A DNA stretch of 64,000 bases from an uncultured delta proteobacterium (GCA_963847445.1 CAWJZV010000046.1:64001-128000); one strand, 5' to 3'. Shown: positions 29,530 through 40,570, counted from the first letter of the stretch. Numbers and translations are program-made. The notes: generated from the letters alone by a model not told the origin.

Positions 29530-30801
29530 CTAATCCTCACTTTTGAAATCCAACATCCCCTGAAACTCCAAGCCTTCGATCTCCTGCAGCGTTCTCCCGG
29601 CGATGCCTTGGAGGTCGCCGTACATGCCGACGGTCGCTTGCATGACCCGGTCGATTTGTTCTTCGCGTTTGGCCCATTGGCGGGTGATGGCTTTTTTCTC
29701 GCGGTCCAAGTCTTCTTTCATACTTGAGAATGCTTCGACTATCGCTTGAACTCGCTGGCGAAAGCGCGGGCCGGTGAGATAGCCGTAGACCATTTCCATC
29801 TTGGTCTGCTGGCCTTCGCTCGCCTGGCGGGCGGCGGCGACTTCGATCAGGCTTTGGCGCAGGGAGAGGGCCACGGGCAAGGCAACTTTGGGGTCGGCGA
29901 CCCAGACGCCGTCGACGAAACCGAAGGTGTCGACTTCTTTCGGTAGCGCCTGGCTGATGATGACGGCGATCTCGGCTTTGGCCGTGCGCTGATCTTCGCG
30001 CAGTTTGGGCAGCCAGCCGTCGCTCCAATTTTTCGTCCGCTTGGTCTCCCAAAGGATCGTGCCGCAGATCTGGTTGAGCGGCCCGACCACGCGCTGCAAG
30101 ACATCGCCGCCGAACTCGCCCTTGGGCACCGGTTGGATCGTGTCGCGGGGAAACTTCGCAGCCAGCAGCGCCTCGAGTTCTAGTTCCTGAACTTCTCCTT
30201 GAAGTTGCTGCGAGCCTTGTTCGGCGCGCCGCTTCAGCTCTTCGATCTGTCTCTGCATGGCGGTGATGGTTTGGTCTTTCTCCATCACTTTGAATTTCAG
30301 CTCATCTTCGGCTTCCTTCTTGGCTTTGTCGCGCTCGCTGCCGAGATCGGCCTGGACGCGCTTGGCAATCGTTAAGTCCAACTCGCGCATGGCGTCGTCC
30401 AGTTCCCGCTGCTTGCCGATCAGTTCTGCCTGGGCCTGCTGGGCTTCGGCCAGCTTGGCATCTCGTTGTTTCAATACTTCTTGCAGGGTGCTGATTTCTT
30501 TCACTTTTTGGTTGAGATCGTTACCCAGCAGCATCTTGGCTTTTTGCTGCTCTTCGGCGGCGATGCGGACGCGCTCTTGTTGGAGCTTTGCGGCGATCTG
30601 CTGGTCGAGATTAGCTTTGGCTTTTTCAATAGAGTCCGCGCGCTCGTTCAACGACTGCTCGCGCTTGGCCATGTCGGCATCTTTTTGCGCCAGCCGTTGC
30701 TCGAATTGCCGCTTCACATCGGCGAGCAGCGGCGCGGCGAGGGATTCCGTCAGTTTGATTTCAGTCTTGCACTGCGGACATATGATTGTCGGTTCGGCCA
30801 T
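29530..30801 (-). CDS. DUF2130 coiled-coil protein (RmuC-like C-terminal domain)
   Basis: IICPQC, long coiled coil, SQQLQGEVQE, VPKGEFGGD, ILWETKRTKNWSDGW, KLREDQ. Confidence 0.9.
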   Translation of the reverse strand: MAEPTIICPQCKTEIKLTESLAAPLLADVKRQFEQRLAQKDADMAKREQSLNERADSIEKAKANLDQQIAAKLQQERVRIAAEEQQKAKMLLGNDLNQKVKEISTLQEVLKQRDAKLAEAQQAQAELIGKQRELDDAMRELDLTIAKRVQADLGSERDKAKKEAEDELKFKVMEKDQTITAMQRQIEELKRRAEQGSQQLQGEVQELELEALLAAKFPRDTIQPVPKGEFGGDVLQRVVGPLNQICGTILWETKRTKNWSDGWLPKLREDQRTAKAEIAVIISQALPKEVDTFGFVDGVWVADPKVALPVALSLRQSLIEVAAARQASEGQQTKMEMVYGYLTGPRFRQRVQAIVEAFSSMKEDLDREKKAITRQWAKREEQIDRVMQATVGMYGDLQGIAGRTLQEIEGLEFQGMLDFKSED

Positions 30802-30885
30802 GGGGTCTCCTGGGTCCGTGATCGTGATTCGTGATCGTTCCGACGTGAGATTAGCGAAATCACGTCAAAGTGCAAAGGGACGAGC

Positions 30886-30927
30886 GGAATGTTGGAGTAA
30901 TGGAGTAGCGGAGTGTTGGAGTGATGG
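30886..30927 (+). repeat. Five tandem 8-mers GGAGTnnn
   Basis: GGAATGTT GGAGTAAT GGAGTAGC GGAGTGTT GGAGTGAT GG. Confidence 0.8.
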
Positions 30928-30959
30928 GGAAGACCCTGAAGATAAACTAGCGGAGTTGA

Positions 30960-32070
30960 TCAGTTCTTTTTACTCTCGCTCATCACCTGGTTGATCAGTT
31001 CTTCCACCGGTTTCATGTTCATCCAGTTGGGGTTCCACATCTCCAGATACTTGACGCCGTCTTTGCGGCGCATGATTGGGTTCACGTCGGCTTTCGGGAT
31101 GTCTATGCGCAGGGAGTCGGTGCTGCCGGCGTTTTCGCCGTCGCGCTGCAGGGCGATCTGGCCGTCGCGGGAGAGCAGCCAGTTGACGAGAATCTTTGCG
31201 GCGTTGGGATGGGCCGGCTTGTCCATGAGTAAATAGGCGCCGCCGATGGCGTCCAGTCCGGGTGCTTCCTTCCAGTTGCCGGTGTCGAGCACCTGTACCG
31301 ACAGTCCCTGGCTTTTGGCGTTGAGCGTGTCGTCGGACTGGCTGAAGAGATAAAGCGCGAAGCGTTTTTGCGCCAGCCAGTCGGTGGCCTGACGATAATC
31401 GCGCGAGTAGGTGATGTCCATTTCGTTAAGCAGGCGGCGCAGATACTGCGGCCCGAGCTCGGGATGGTGATAGAGGAAGCGCGCGCCGTTGCGCCCTTCG
31501 CCGGTCTTGGGATCGGTGGCGACGATCTTGCCTTTCCACTTGGGATTCAAGACATCCGCGAAGGATTTGAACTCGACTCGGGTTCGCCAGCGCGGCGTGG
31601 TAGCTGGCGAAACGTTCGTAGATGCTGGCGGCGGGAACGATGAGATACTTGCCTTCCGGGTCGGAGTAGTGGTGTTTGTTCTGCCACCATTTTGACGGGT
31701 CTTTCACTTCCGGCAGGATCAACGCCGAGTCGATGGGCTGGAGCACCTTGGCGCGGTAGAACGAATGTGCCGAGGTGAGGCCGAAACGGACCACGTCGGC
31801 GAGATATTTGCCGGCGCGCCGCTCGGCCATGATCCGCGACACCAGCTGCGTGCAAGAAAGCGAGACGCTGACGAGCTTGATCTTGGGAAACTGTTTTTGA
31901 AACTCTTTCAAGTAGTCGTGGCTGCCGCAGCCGGAGTAGACCACTTGGCCTTCCTGCTCGGCCGCCTTGAGAGTGCGCTCCCATTCGGTTTGCCAACTGT
32001 CTTGGGCGTGGGCGGACCGGACGAATCCGGCGGATAGGACGAATAGGGCAAATAGCAGACGACTAATCAT
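30960..32070 (-). CDS. Extracellular solute-binding protein (Fe3+/AfuA-like family, orphan), one frameshift
   Basis: AAEQEGQVV, RIMAERRAG...ADV, NPKWKGKI, AHPNAAKILVNWLLSRDGQ. Confidence 0.85.
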
Positions 32071-32081
32071 TAGCAGACCGA

Positions 32082-33261
32082 TCAGGACGAGCTAAGCCGG
32101 AAAAACTCCATGGCGTTGCCGCAGGTCATTTTGTGTTTGTCATCCGCCGGCACACCGGCGAAGTTTTTGTCGATGATCTTGAGCGAGTCGGGCCAGTCGG
32201 ACTCTTGATGCGGGAAGTCGGAGCCCCACATCAGCCGGTCGACGTTGATCTTGTCGCGCAGTTCGACACCGACGCGGTCAAACTGAAAGCCCCAGTAGTA
32301 GTATTCGCGGATGTATTCGCTGGGCGGGCGCTCGAGCGGTTTGAAGCCCAGCAGCCGTTCGGCCCAGCGGTGATGGCGGTCGTAACGCACGTCGGCGCCT
32401 TGCAGGAAAAATGGAATCCAGCCGATCTGATTCTCGGCGAAGAACACACGAAGCTTCGGAAAGCGGTCGAAGAGGCCGGACAACACCCACTGCACGGCGG
32501 CGATCGAGCCGTTGCCGCGCATCGGGCCGAAACGGCCCACCTGGTCGACCAGATCGTGGGTCAATTTTTTCATGATCTCTGCGGATTCTATCGGGTACTT
32601 GAACAGCGGCTCTTTGCGTTCTCCGGTGCGGTCCAAGTCGACGTGGACGCTCACCGGCATGTTCAGTTCCAGTGTGCGCGCCCAGAAACGGTCGTCAGCA
32701 TCACAGGGGTAGGCGTTGCCGCTGGGAAATCCTTGGAGCAAGACGGTCTTGAAGCCTGCCTTGCTGCAATATTCCAATTCGTCGATGACGTCGTTCAGTT
32801 GGCAGCCCAACGGCAGGATGCCGACGCCGATCAGACGTTGAGAATTCACAGCGCAGTATTCTTCGGCGAGCCAGCTGTTGTAGGCGCGCACCAGCGCTTT
32901 GTAAGCGTCGTTGTCTTCGACGCGGCGCCAAAACTTAGGACCGCCCTGCTGCGATGGGAACAGTACCTCGGCATCGATGCCGTCGCGCTCCTGCTCGGCG
33001 ATGCGCTGTTCGGGCTGCCGGTGCCGGGTGTGCCTTCATAGCGGCCGTCGAATGGGACGTAGGCGTCGCGACCTTTGCCACCGTAAAGATCGGCGGCGCG
33101 GCGGCGCGTTTGATCTTGTCGCCGATCATCCACATATCGCTGCCGTCGGCTTGGCGCACCAAGCGCGGTGCCTGGTCGCGATACTTGGCCGGCACGCGGC
33201 CGAGCCAATGTTTCGAGTCGATTTCCAAATGTGAGTCGCCGGAGATGTAACGGTACTGCAT
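32082..33261 (-). CDS. Amidohydrolase_2-family protein (frameshifted)
   Basis: ISGDSHLE, AYNSWL, VSVHV, FAENQIGW, WGSDFPH. Confidence 0.85.
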
Positions 33262-33667
33262 GGTGGCCTCGATTACCTCGAAGGCGATACTAGCCAAATC
33301 CGGTCATGCTGCCAAGTGGGCGGCGGCGTGAAAGATGGCTGGACAATTCGAAGTTATCATTGGGATAGAGCTAAAATTGCGCGTTCACGCTAAGGCTGAA
33401 ATAGTTTTTTGACTTGGGAGTTGATGACGGAGTAGGAGAGACACCAAGGCGCGACGAACGAGTTGTACGAGTGCGAAGAGCGCGTTCACCAGTAAAACCT
33501 AGTTCAAGGCGGCGCGTGTATCTGTGTCGGCGAACTTCGAGAGGGAGTAATGGTGGAATTGTGGCAAACGATCCTGTGGTCGGTTGTCGTTTACGCGAAT
33601 CATCGACGCGCTTTTCCCGAGAATGAGAAAATTTCCTATGAAAATGCCGGTTTTAGCCGATTTGCGA

Positions 33668-33683
33668 TGGCATCGGTGTTGCG
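33668..33683 (+). promoter_or_regulatory. Sigma54 (-24/-12) promoter upstream of tctCBA
   Basis: TGGCATCGGTGTTGCG, a close match to TGGCAC-N5-TTGC, about 95 nt before the tctC start. Confidence 0.65.
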
Positions 33684-33777
33684 CTACTCCTTGGTAGATT
33701 TGAGGGATAATCGCTGTAAGCTCGTCTAACCTTGTGCCGGCAAAATTTGACCGCGGCAATTCTAAGGAGGAGAGATT

Positions 33778-34752
33778 ATGAGAACCAAGCTGTTTAGTAT
33801 CGTTGCAGGGATTGCGCTGCTGGGTATAGCTCCGCTGAACGCCCAGGAATACCCGAACAAGGTTATTAGCATGGTGGTACCGTTCGCCGCAGGTGGCCCG
33901 ACGGATACTGTGGCGCGGCTGATCGGCGTGCCGATGACCAAGACCCTTAAGCAACAGGTCATTGTAGAGAATGTCGGCGGCGCCGGCGGAACAATCGCCG
34001 CGAACCGAGTCGCGAAAGCACCACCCGATGGCTACACGATTCTTATACACCATATCGGCATGTCCACCGCGCCCGCCCTTTATCGCAAGCTGCCTTATAA
34101 CCCAATGACCGACTTCGAGCCCATCGGCTTGATCAACGAAGTGCCGATGACGCTGGTGGCGAAAAAGGACTTTCCGGCCAAGGATCTGAAGGAGCTGATC
34201 GCTTATGTTAAAGCCAACAAGGAGAAGGTCAATTACGCCAACGCCGGCCTCGGCGCCGCCTCGCATCTGTGCGGGATGATCTTCATGAGCGCGATCCAGA
34301 CAGACGTCACTACCGTTCCTTATAGCGGAACGGCCCCAGCCATGAATGATCTGCTCGGCGGCCAGGTGGACTTCATGTGCGATCAGACTACGAACACGAC
34401 CAGTCAAATCAAAGCGGGAAAGATCAACGTCTATGGCGTGACGACTAAGAAACGTGTGGCTTCGTTGCCCAATGTCCCGACCATGGACGAAGCGGGGTTG
34501 AAAGGCTTCGAGGTTTCAATCTGGCATGCTCTCTACGCGCCGAAGGGTACGCCGAAGCCGGTTATCGATAAGCTTACCAATGCGCTGCAGGATGCCATGA
34601 AAGATTCGACGGTGAAGCAGCGTTTCGCCGACCTGGGCACCGAACCCGTGGCGCTAAACCGAGCCACCCCCGCGGCGTTGAGCGCGCATCTCAAAGCAGA
34701 GATCGACAGATGGGGGCCAATTATCAAGAAGGCTGGAGTTTATGCCGACTAA
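33778..34752 (+). CDS. tctC: Tripartite tricarboxylate transporter substrate-binding protein
   Basis: VVPFAAGGPTD, ENVGGAGG, PDGYT, VPYSG, DLLGGQVD, PKGTP; AAGGAGG RBS. Confidence 0.95.
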   Translation: MRTKLFSIVAGIALLGIAPLNAQEYPNKVISMVVPFAAGGPTDTVARLIGVPMTKTLKQQVIVENVGGAGGTIAANRVAKAPPDGYTILIHHIGMSTAPALYRKLPYNPMTDFEPIGLINEVPMTLVAKKDFPAKDLKELIAYVKANKEKVNYANAGLGAASHLCGMIFMSAIQTDVTTVPYSGTAPAMNDLLGGQVDFMCDQTTNTTSQIKAGKINVYGVTTKKRVASLPNVPTMDEAGLKGFEVSIWHALYAPKGTPKPVIDKLTNALQDAMKDSTVKQRFADLGTEPVALNRATPAALSAHLKAEIDRWGPIIKKAGVYAD

Positions 34753-34780
34753 TTCTGGCGTTGATAAAATTGCAATTTTA

Positions 34781-34810
34781 AAGGCCGGGCTTCGTCCCGG
34801 CCTTTTTTTT
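34781..34810 (+). terminator. Rho-independent terminator/attenuator between tctC and tctB
   Basis: AAGGCCGGG-CTTCGT-CCCGGCCTT followed by a T-run. Confidence 0.8.
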
Positions 34811-34896
34811 GCTTCTTTTCATCGTCGGTCTGTTGTACAAGGCGCATTATCGACTTTGTCCACTAGAGAACCATTGGTAGCAGTTTGAAAACTCTT

Positions 34897-35349
34897 ATGA
34901 CGCGCAATCCCAAAGATTTCTGGACCGGCTTGCTCTATATCTTCTTTGGCGTGAGCGCGATTATCATAGGTCGCGATTACAACATGGGAACGGCCCTCAG
35001 AATGGGCCCAGCTTTTTTCCCCACTATTCTCGGCGCGGTGCTCGCCGTCATCGGCGCGATTGCAGTGATTCGATCCTTTATCACGCCTGGCACGCCGATC
35101 GGTGCGGTTTCGTTCAAGGGGCTGGTGCTGGTCACGCTGTCGGTCGTCGCCTTTGGCTTCCTTGTGCGCGGCGCGGGATTGGTGGTCGCCCTGCCGCTGC
35201 TCGTGATCATCAGCGCGTACGCGAGCACGCGTTTCCGATGGCGCTCGGCGCTTATCATGGCGGCGGGTCTGACGATCTTTTGCGCCTTGGTCTTTGTCAA
35301 AGGCTTGGGTATACCGCTGCCGATCATCGGTCCCTGGTTGGGCAGTTGA
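34897..35349 (+). CDS. tctB: Tripartite tricarboxylate transporter small subunit
   Basis: KDFWTG, MGPAFFP, four to five TM helices, LGIPLP. Confidence 0.9.
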   Translation: MTRNPKDFWTGLLYIFFGVSAIIIGRDYNMGTALRMGPAFFPTILGAVLAVIGAIAVIRSFITPGTPIGAVSFKGLVLVTLSVVAFGFLVRGAGLVVALPLLVIISAYASTRFRWRSALIMAAGLTIFCALVFVKGLGIPLPIIGPWLGS

Positions 35350-35380
35350 CGGCGATCGTCAGAAACGGGGCGGACAACGA

Positions 35381-36881
35381 ATGGAATTACTCGATCATCT
35401 GCTGCTGGGGTTTCAGACCGCCGGGACACTCAGCAATTTGTTTTACTGCTTCATCGGCGTTTTTCTCGGCACAGCGATTGGTGTGCTACCTGGCCTCGGC
35501 CCTACAGCCACCATCGCCATGCTGCTGCCGGTTACTTTCGTATTGCCGCCGGTGACCGCGCTCATCATGCTGGCGGGCATCTATTACGGTTCGCAGTACG
35601 GCGGCTCGACGACTTCGATTCTCGTCAATCTTCCCGGCGAAGCCGCGTCGGTAGTTACGACGCTGGACGGTTACCAGATGGCGAAGCAAGGCAGGGCGGG
35701 AGCGGCGCTTGCGGCGTCAGCGCTCGGGTCGTTTTTCGCCGGAACTGTCGCGACATTTCTGATTGCCGCCTTCGGCCCGCCGCTGGCCGCTGTCGCGTTG
35801 CAATTCGGGCCGGCGGAATTTTTCTCGCTGATGGTCCTCGGCCTGGTGGCTTCCGTGGTGCTGGCGCAAGGCTCGTTGCTCCATGCCATCGGCATCGTCG
35901 TGCTCGGCCTGCTCTTGGGTCTCATCGGCGCCGATGTCAATTCCGGCACTCAGCGCTTTACATTTGGTATGTATGAGCTTGCCGACGGCATCGGTTTCGT
36001 CACCGTGGCAATGGGAATGTTCGGCCTGGGCGAAATTATTCGCAATCTCGAAAACGAAGCAGGCCGCTCCGTGATGCTCACTAAAATCACCGGACTCTGG
36101 CCCACGCGTGAGGAGCTCAAGCGCATGGTTGCACCGATTCTACGCGGCACGGTGATCGGCTCGGCGTTGGGCATTCTTCCCGGCAGCGGCTCGATCTTGG
36201 GTTCCTTCGCGGCTTATTCCATCGAAAAGAAAATCTCCAAGCATCGCGCCGAGTTCGGCAAAGGCGCGATCGAAGGCGTCGCCGCACCGGAGGCAGCTAA
36301 TAACGCCGGCGCGCAAACCTCTTTTATTCCACTGCTGACTTTAGGGATTCCGTCCAATCCGGTCAGTGGCCCTGATGGTCGGAGCCATGATTGTCCACGG
36401 CATTCAGCCCGGACCGTCGGTGATCAACGAACAACCGGCGCTTTTTTGGGGCATGATCGTGTCGATGTGGATCGGCAACCTATTTCTGGTGGTTCTTAAC
36501 TGCCCGCTGATCGGCATGTGGGTGCGCATGATCATGATTCCCTACCACCTACTATTTCCGGGAATTCTGGTCTTCTGCGCCATCGGTGTGTTCAGTCTTA
36601 AAAATGCGACCTTCGATATATATTTGATGGCCCTGTTCGGCATCGTCGGCTATGTTTTCTCCAAACTCGGCGCCGAACCGGCGCCGATGTTGCTGGCATT
36701 CATCCTTGGGCCATTGATGGAAGAGTATCTGCGCCGCGCCATGCTGCTCTCCCGCGGCGACCCGATGGTTTTTTTGCGCCGTCCGATCAGCGCGACCTTG
36801 CTCGCGCTCGCCGCGTTGGCGATGCTCTCTGTCCTGCTGCCGTCGTTCAGTAAGACCCGGAAAGAAGCGTTTAAGGAATAA
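35381..36881 (+). CDS. tctA: Tripartite tricarboxylate transporter permease (one frameshift near 36365)
   Basis: GVLPGLG, YYGSQYGGS, NLPGE, GVAAPEAANNA, LTLGIP, GIQPGP. Confidence 0.95.
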
Positions 36882-36964
36882 ACGCCAGTCCGCTGCTGTA
36901 TGTTTGACAGCGCGGGCCGCTTGCTGTTAGAGACCAGTCATAGTTCGGTCTGGGAAGCTTTGAA

Positions 36965-37774
36965 ATGAGACTGCGAGATAAAATCGCCTTGGTCACCAGC
37001 GCGCAACACTCTTGCGCTCGCGCCATCGCCTTGGGATTTGCCCGAGAAGGCGCAGATTGCGTCGTCGTCGATGAAGACGCGAGTCGCGCGGAACAGCTCG
37101 CCGCCGAAGTTCGCGCCCTCGGCCGGCGCGCACTGCCCCTCCAGTTCGATGTCACCAAGAAACCTCAGGTCGAGGAAGGTGTCAGGCGCGCGGTTGTTGA
37201 GTTTGGCCGCATCGATATACTGCTCAACTGTTCGGGCGTGAACCATCAAAGTGATTTCTTAACTTTCACCGAAGAAGCATTCAATCGCTGCATCGATCGT
37301 GGGCCCAAAGCCTACTTTCTTGGTGCGCAGGCCGTCGGCAAGCAGATGGCCGGGCAGCGCTCCGGCAAGATTATCAATCTTTCGACCACCGACGCGCGCG
37401 TAGGATCGGGCGAGTCGACGGGCAATAGCGCGGCCTACTCCAGTATCGATTCGATGACGCGCGCGATCGCACAGGCGCTGGGATTTTATGGCGTTAACGT
37501 GAACTCGCTGGTCTGCGGACCGATGGATTATTCTGCCGCGGCTGCCGACGAAGCCGCAGAGCGCCTGCGGCGCATTCCCATGGGCCGATTAGGCAAACCT
37601 GAAGATCTTGTCGGCGCGGCGATCTTTTTGGCCACGGATGATTCGAATTTTGTCGCCGGCGAGACTCTCTACGTCGACGCCGGCTATTCCAATGCCGCCG
37701 TAACCGAAGACAGTTTTCGGCCCGCATGGGGACGCACCTGGGGAAAATTCGAGGTTCCATCTCAGAACAAGTGA
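36965..37774 (+). CDS. Atypical SDR-family protein
   Basis: DKIALVT, DVT, FGRIDILLN, GKIINLS, IPMGRLGKPED, YVDAG; lacks GxxxGxG and YxxxK. Confidence 0.85.
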   Translation: MRLRDKIALVTSAQHSCARAIALGFAREGADCVVVDEDASRAEQLAAEVRALGRRALPLQFDVTKKPQVEEGVRRAVVEFGRIDILLNCSGVNHQSDFLTFTEEAFNRCIDRGPKAYFLGAQAVGKQMAGQRSGKIINLSTTDARVGSGESTGNSAAYSSIDSMTRAIAQALGFYGVNVNSLVCGPMDYSAAAADEAAERLRRIPMGRLGKPEDLVGAAIFLATDDSNFVAGETLYVDAGYSNAAVTEDSFRPAWGRTWGKFEVPSQNK

Positions 37775-37802
37775 CCGAAGTGTTTTCAGGGGGATCAACT
37801 TT

Positions 37803-38693
37803 ATGGGAATTAAATTCAAGGAAGTGAACACGCTGTCGTTCATCGGCAATATCGGCCCCAAGACCGAGCGCGTGTGGAAGGAAGTGGATGAGGAAATCGA
37901 CATTATCGGTTGCAAAGAAAAATTCGACCGGCGTTGCCAACTGATCGCGCCTCTGAATTTACTGGCAAAGGATCTTCCCGGCGACGGCGATACCAAACAG
38001 ATGCCGATCTTTGTCAACGACGATGTGCGCATCGAATTGATGCATTGCCGCTCGTCGAAGGGGACCGATGGACACAGGCCGGCGGGATTTTGCGAAACGC
38101 AGATTCAAGTGCAGAACAAACGCGTGACCAGGACATCCGAAGGCGACTTCGAGCTTACCGAAGGCGACGTCCTCGTGGTGCCGCCGGAAATAAGCCATGA
38201 AAATAACGGCGACGGCCCAACCACGCGGTTGGTCGTGTATACACGAAAACCGGTTCAGATCGCCCAAACCTATCCCGTCAAAGAGAGCGTTGTGCCGAAC
38301 AAACGGTGCACATTGTTAAAACCAACGACGGTGCTCGACAAAGTCGAAGAAGGCGGCTCCGGCGGCAAGCATTTCGAGCTGGTGGAGAACGCCGACATCA
38401 TGATCGAAACCACGCACCGCTCGGATGCACAGAGAATCTATCACCGGGGTTTCGGCCAAGATGAAGTTGCGTTCCAACTGTCCGGCCGGCGCGCGACACT
38501 GACCAGCCAGGGAGAATATATGTTGGAGACCGGCGACTTTTTGCTGATTCCGCCGGGAACCTCGCACCGCAATATCGGCGACATGACGACGATCCGGATC
38601 ATTCTTTACACCAGAAAGCCGTTGCGCTTGGCGGACGAATTTGTCGAGCGCTCCAAACGGGCGGGACAGCCGATCGGTTGTGGTTCGGTTTGA
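37803..38693 (+). CDS. Bicupin protein (possible ring-cleaving dioxygenase)
   Basis: Two cupin motif pairs: HRPAGFCE / GDVLVVPPEISH and HRGFGQDE / GDFLLIPPGTSH. Confidence 0.75.
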   Translation: MGIKFKEVNTLSFIGNIGPKTERVWKEVDEEIDIIGCKEKFDRRCQLIAPLNLLAKDLPGDGDTKQMPIFVNDDVRIELMHCRSSKGTDGHRPAGFCETQIQVQNKRVTRTSEGDFELTEGDVLVVPPEISHENNGDGPTTRLVVYTRKPVQIAQTYPVKESVVPNKRCTLLKPTTVLDKVEEGGSGGKHFELVENADIMIETTHRSDAQRIYHRGFGQDEVAFQLSGRRATLTSQGEYMLETGDFLLIPPGTSHRNIGDMTTIRIILYTRKPLRLADEFVERSKRAGQPIGCGSV

Positions 38694-38711
38694 TTTCAAC
38701 GCCGCATCGAC

Positions 38712-38738
38712 GTCGGGGCAGGCCTACCTGCCTGCCCT
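38712..38738 (+). repeat. Degenerate GTAG-type REP hairpin
   Basis: GTCGGGGCAGGCCTACCTGCCTGCCCT: GGGCAGGC/GCCTGCCC stem behind a GTnG tetranucleotide. Confidence 0.55.
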
Positions 38739-38784
38739 CCGAAGGGTTGCCACACGATCCGATGATCGGACATTGTGACGTCTA

Positions 38785-39765
38785 ATGAATAGAAAAACCT
38801 GCTGTTGCCTCGTTCTATGGCTGGCCAGCGCGTTATGCCCATCGAGTGCTCGCGCCGCTGAGAGCATCCGAGTCTCTTACGCCACGCTCAGCGCCGCTTA
38901 CATGGATCATATTATCGCGATGGACAAAGGCTACCTGCGCGAGGAGGGGTTGAATGTCGAGGTAATTCGCGCCCCGGGTGGTGTGGCGACTCCGGGTCTT
39001 TTGTCGGGACAGTTTCATTTCAGCAGTTCGGCGAGCTCGTCGTTGAGCGCCGCCGTGCGCGGCGGCCCGGTAAAAATTGTCTATACCAATCTCTCCAGGC
39101 CTAGCTACACCCTGGTTTCGATAAAACCGGAGATCACCTCCGCGAAAGAGTTGGTCGGAAAAAAAATCGCCATCAATAGCTTCGGCGATACCGGCCATCT
39201 ATCGACGATTCTCTATCTGAAGAAGATGGGCGTTAATCCCGCGTCGGTGCTTTTCATCGCGGTCGGCAGAAACGAAGTGCGTTTTCCCGCTCTTCGTATG
39301 GGTGCCATCGACGCGGCTCCGCTGGTGCCGCGTGACATGGTAGTTATAAAGGATCAAAAACACGTCGTCCTCGCCGATTTGGGTAAAGAGATCCAGTTAG
39401 TGTGGAACGGCGTTGCCGTCTCCACCAAGCAGCTGGCCGAAAACCCCCAACTGGTAGAGCGATTCCTGCGTAGCTTGGCAAAGGGCCGTGAGTTCGCCCG
39501 GCGCTTCCGCGACGAGACTATTTCGCTCATTAGCAAGCGCGATCCTTCTCCTTTGGAAGCCATCAAGGTCGATTACGAAGTGACCAAAGCGAGCATGACC
39601 GAAGACGGATCGTTGCCCGACGATGTTCTAATACAGGAAATTGCGACGCGGGCCGAACTGACTAAAGTCGCCACTCCACCGAACATATCGACCGCGTTCG
39701 ATTACACGATTACGAGAAAAAACTACGCCCAGCTGAAAGCAGCCGGCTGGCAGCCGGTTCGGTGA
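38785..39765 (+). CDS. NMT1/SsuA-like ABC substrate-binding protein (orphan)
   Basis: Signal peptide, KGYLREEGLNVE, GKKIAINSFGD, GAIDAA. Confidence 0.9.
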   Translation: MNRKTCCCLVLWLASALCPSSARAAESIRVSYATLSAAYMDHIIAMDKGYLREEGLNVEVIRAPGGVATPGLLSGQFHFSSSASSSLSAAVRGGPVKIVYTNLSRPSYTLVSIKPEITSAKELVGKKIAINSFGDTGHLSTILYLKKMGVNPASVLFIAVGRNEVRFPALRMGAIDAAPLVPRDMVVIKDQKHVVLADLGKEIQLVWNGVAVSTKQLAENPQLVERFLRSLAKGREFARRFRDETISLISKRDPSPLEAIKVDYEVTKASMTEDGSLPDDVLIQEIATRAELTKVATPPNISTAFDYTITRKNYAQLKAAGWQPVR

Positions 39766-39769
39766 AACA

Positions 39770-40561
39770 ATGAAGCTCGCAGGAAAAATAGCCATCGTCA
39801 CGGGCTGCAACGGCGAATTCGGTTCGGCCATCGTGCCCGGATTTGCCGTTGAGGGTTGTGATGTCGCATGCGTGGATTTCAAGCAGAGTGACGCCGATGC
39901 CGCCGCCGAAAAAGTCCGGCAAAAAGGCCGGCGCGCGTTGGCGATCGCCATCGATCTAAGAAAGCGCAGCGAAATTGACGCGATGGTCAAGCAAGTTGTC
40001 GATCAGTTCGGGCGCGTCGATATTCTTGTCAACACAACCATGGCCTCGCACAACCAGGAGTTTTTGAATTTTAAGGAAGAAGACTTTGACGATTCGCTCA
40101 GCCGCGGCGTGAAGAGTTATTTTCTAACCTGCCAAGCTGCCGCCCGGCAGATGGTGCAGCAGCGCTACGGCAAAATCATCAATCTGAGCTCCATCGTCGG
40201 CGTGCTCGGTCCCGGCCAGGCGGCGTCATGGACCGCGGACCGCGGCGCGGTCAACGGGTTGACCCGCGCGGCGGCGCATGCGCTGGGATTTTACGGCATC
40301 AATGTGAATGCGGTGGCGCGCGGCAACACGGCGCGCAAGCCTTACAGCGCCGGCGTTCTCGAGCGAGTCCGCAGGTTGCCTCTGGGAAGGACGGAAACCG
40401 CTCAGGACATGGTCGAGCCCTGTGTCTTTCTAGCTTCCGACGGCGCCAGTTACGTGACCGGGACAATTCTTTACGTCGATGGCGGTTATACGGTCGCCGG
40501 CGTCACCGATGACCGTTATCGTCCTGAGTGGGCACGCGCCGGCGCCGAGGAAAAGGAATAA
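39770..40561 (+). CDS. Atypical SDR-family protein
   Basis: GKIAIVTG, FGRVDILVN, GKIINLSS, INVNAV, YVTG...VDGG; WTADR at the YxxxK position. Confidence 0.85.
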   Translation: MKLAGKIAIVTGCNGEFGSAIVPGFAVEGCDVACVDFKQSDADAAAEKVRQKGRRALAIAIDLRKRSEIDAMVKQVVDQFGRVDILVNTTMASHNQEFLNFKEEDFDDSLSRGVKSYFLTCQAAARQMVQQRYGKIINLSSIVGVLGPGQAASWTADRGAVNGLTRAAAHALGFYGINVNAVARGNTARKPYSAGVLERVRRLPLGRTETAQDMVEPCVFLASDGASYVTGTILYVDGGYTVAGVTDDRYRPEWARAGAEEKE

Positions 40562-40570
40562 TTCAGCGCA

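Noticed and set aside
29466-30927. GGAGT 8-mer arms bracketing DUF2130 as a mobile unit
   Set aside because: The left copy is very degenerate and the arms point outward, so there is no support for a bounded element.
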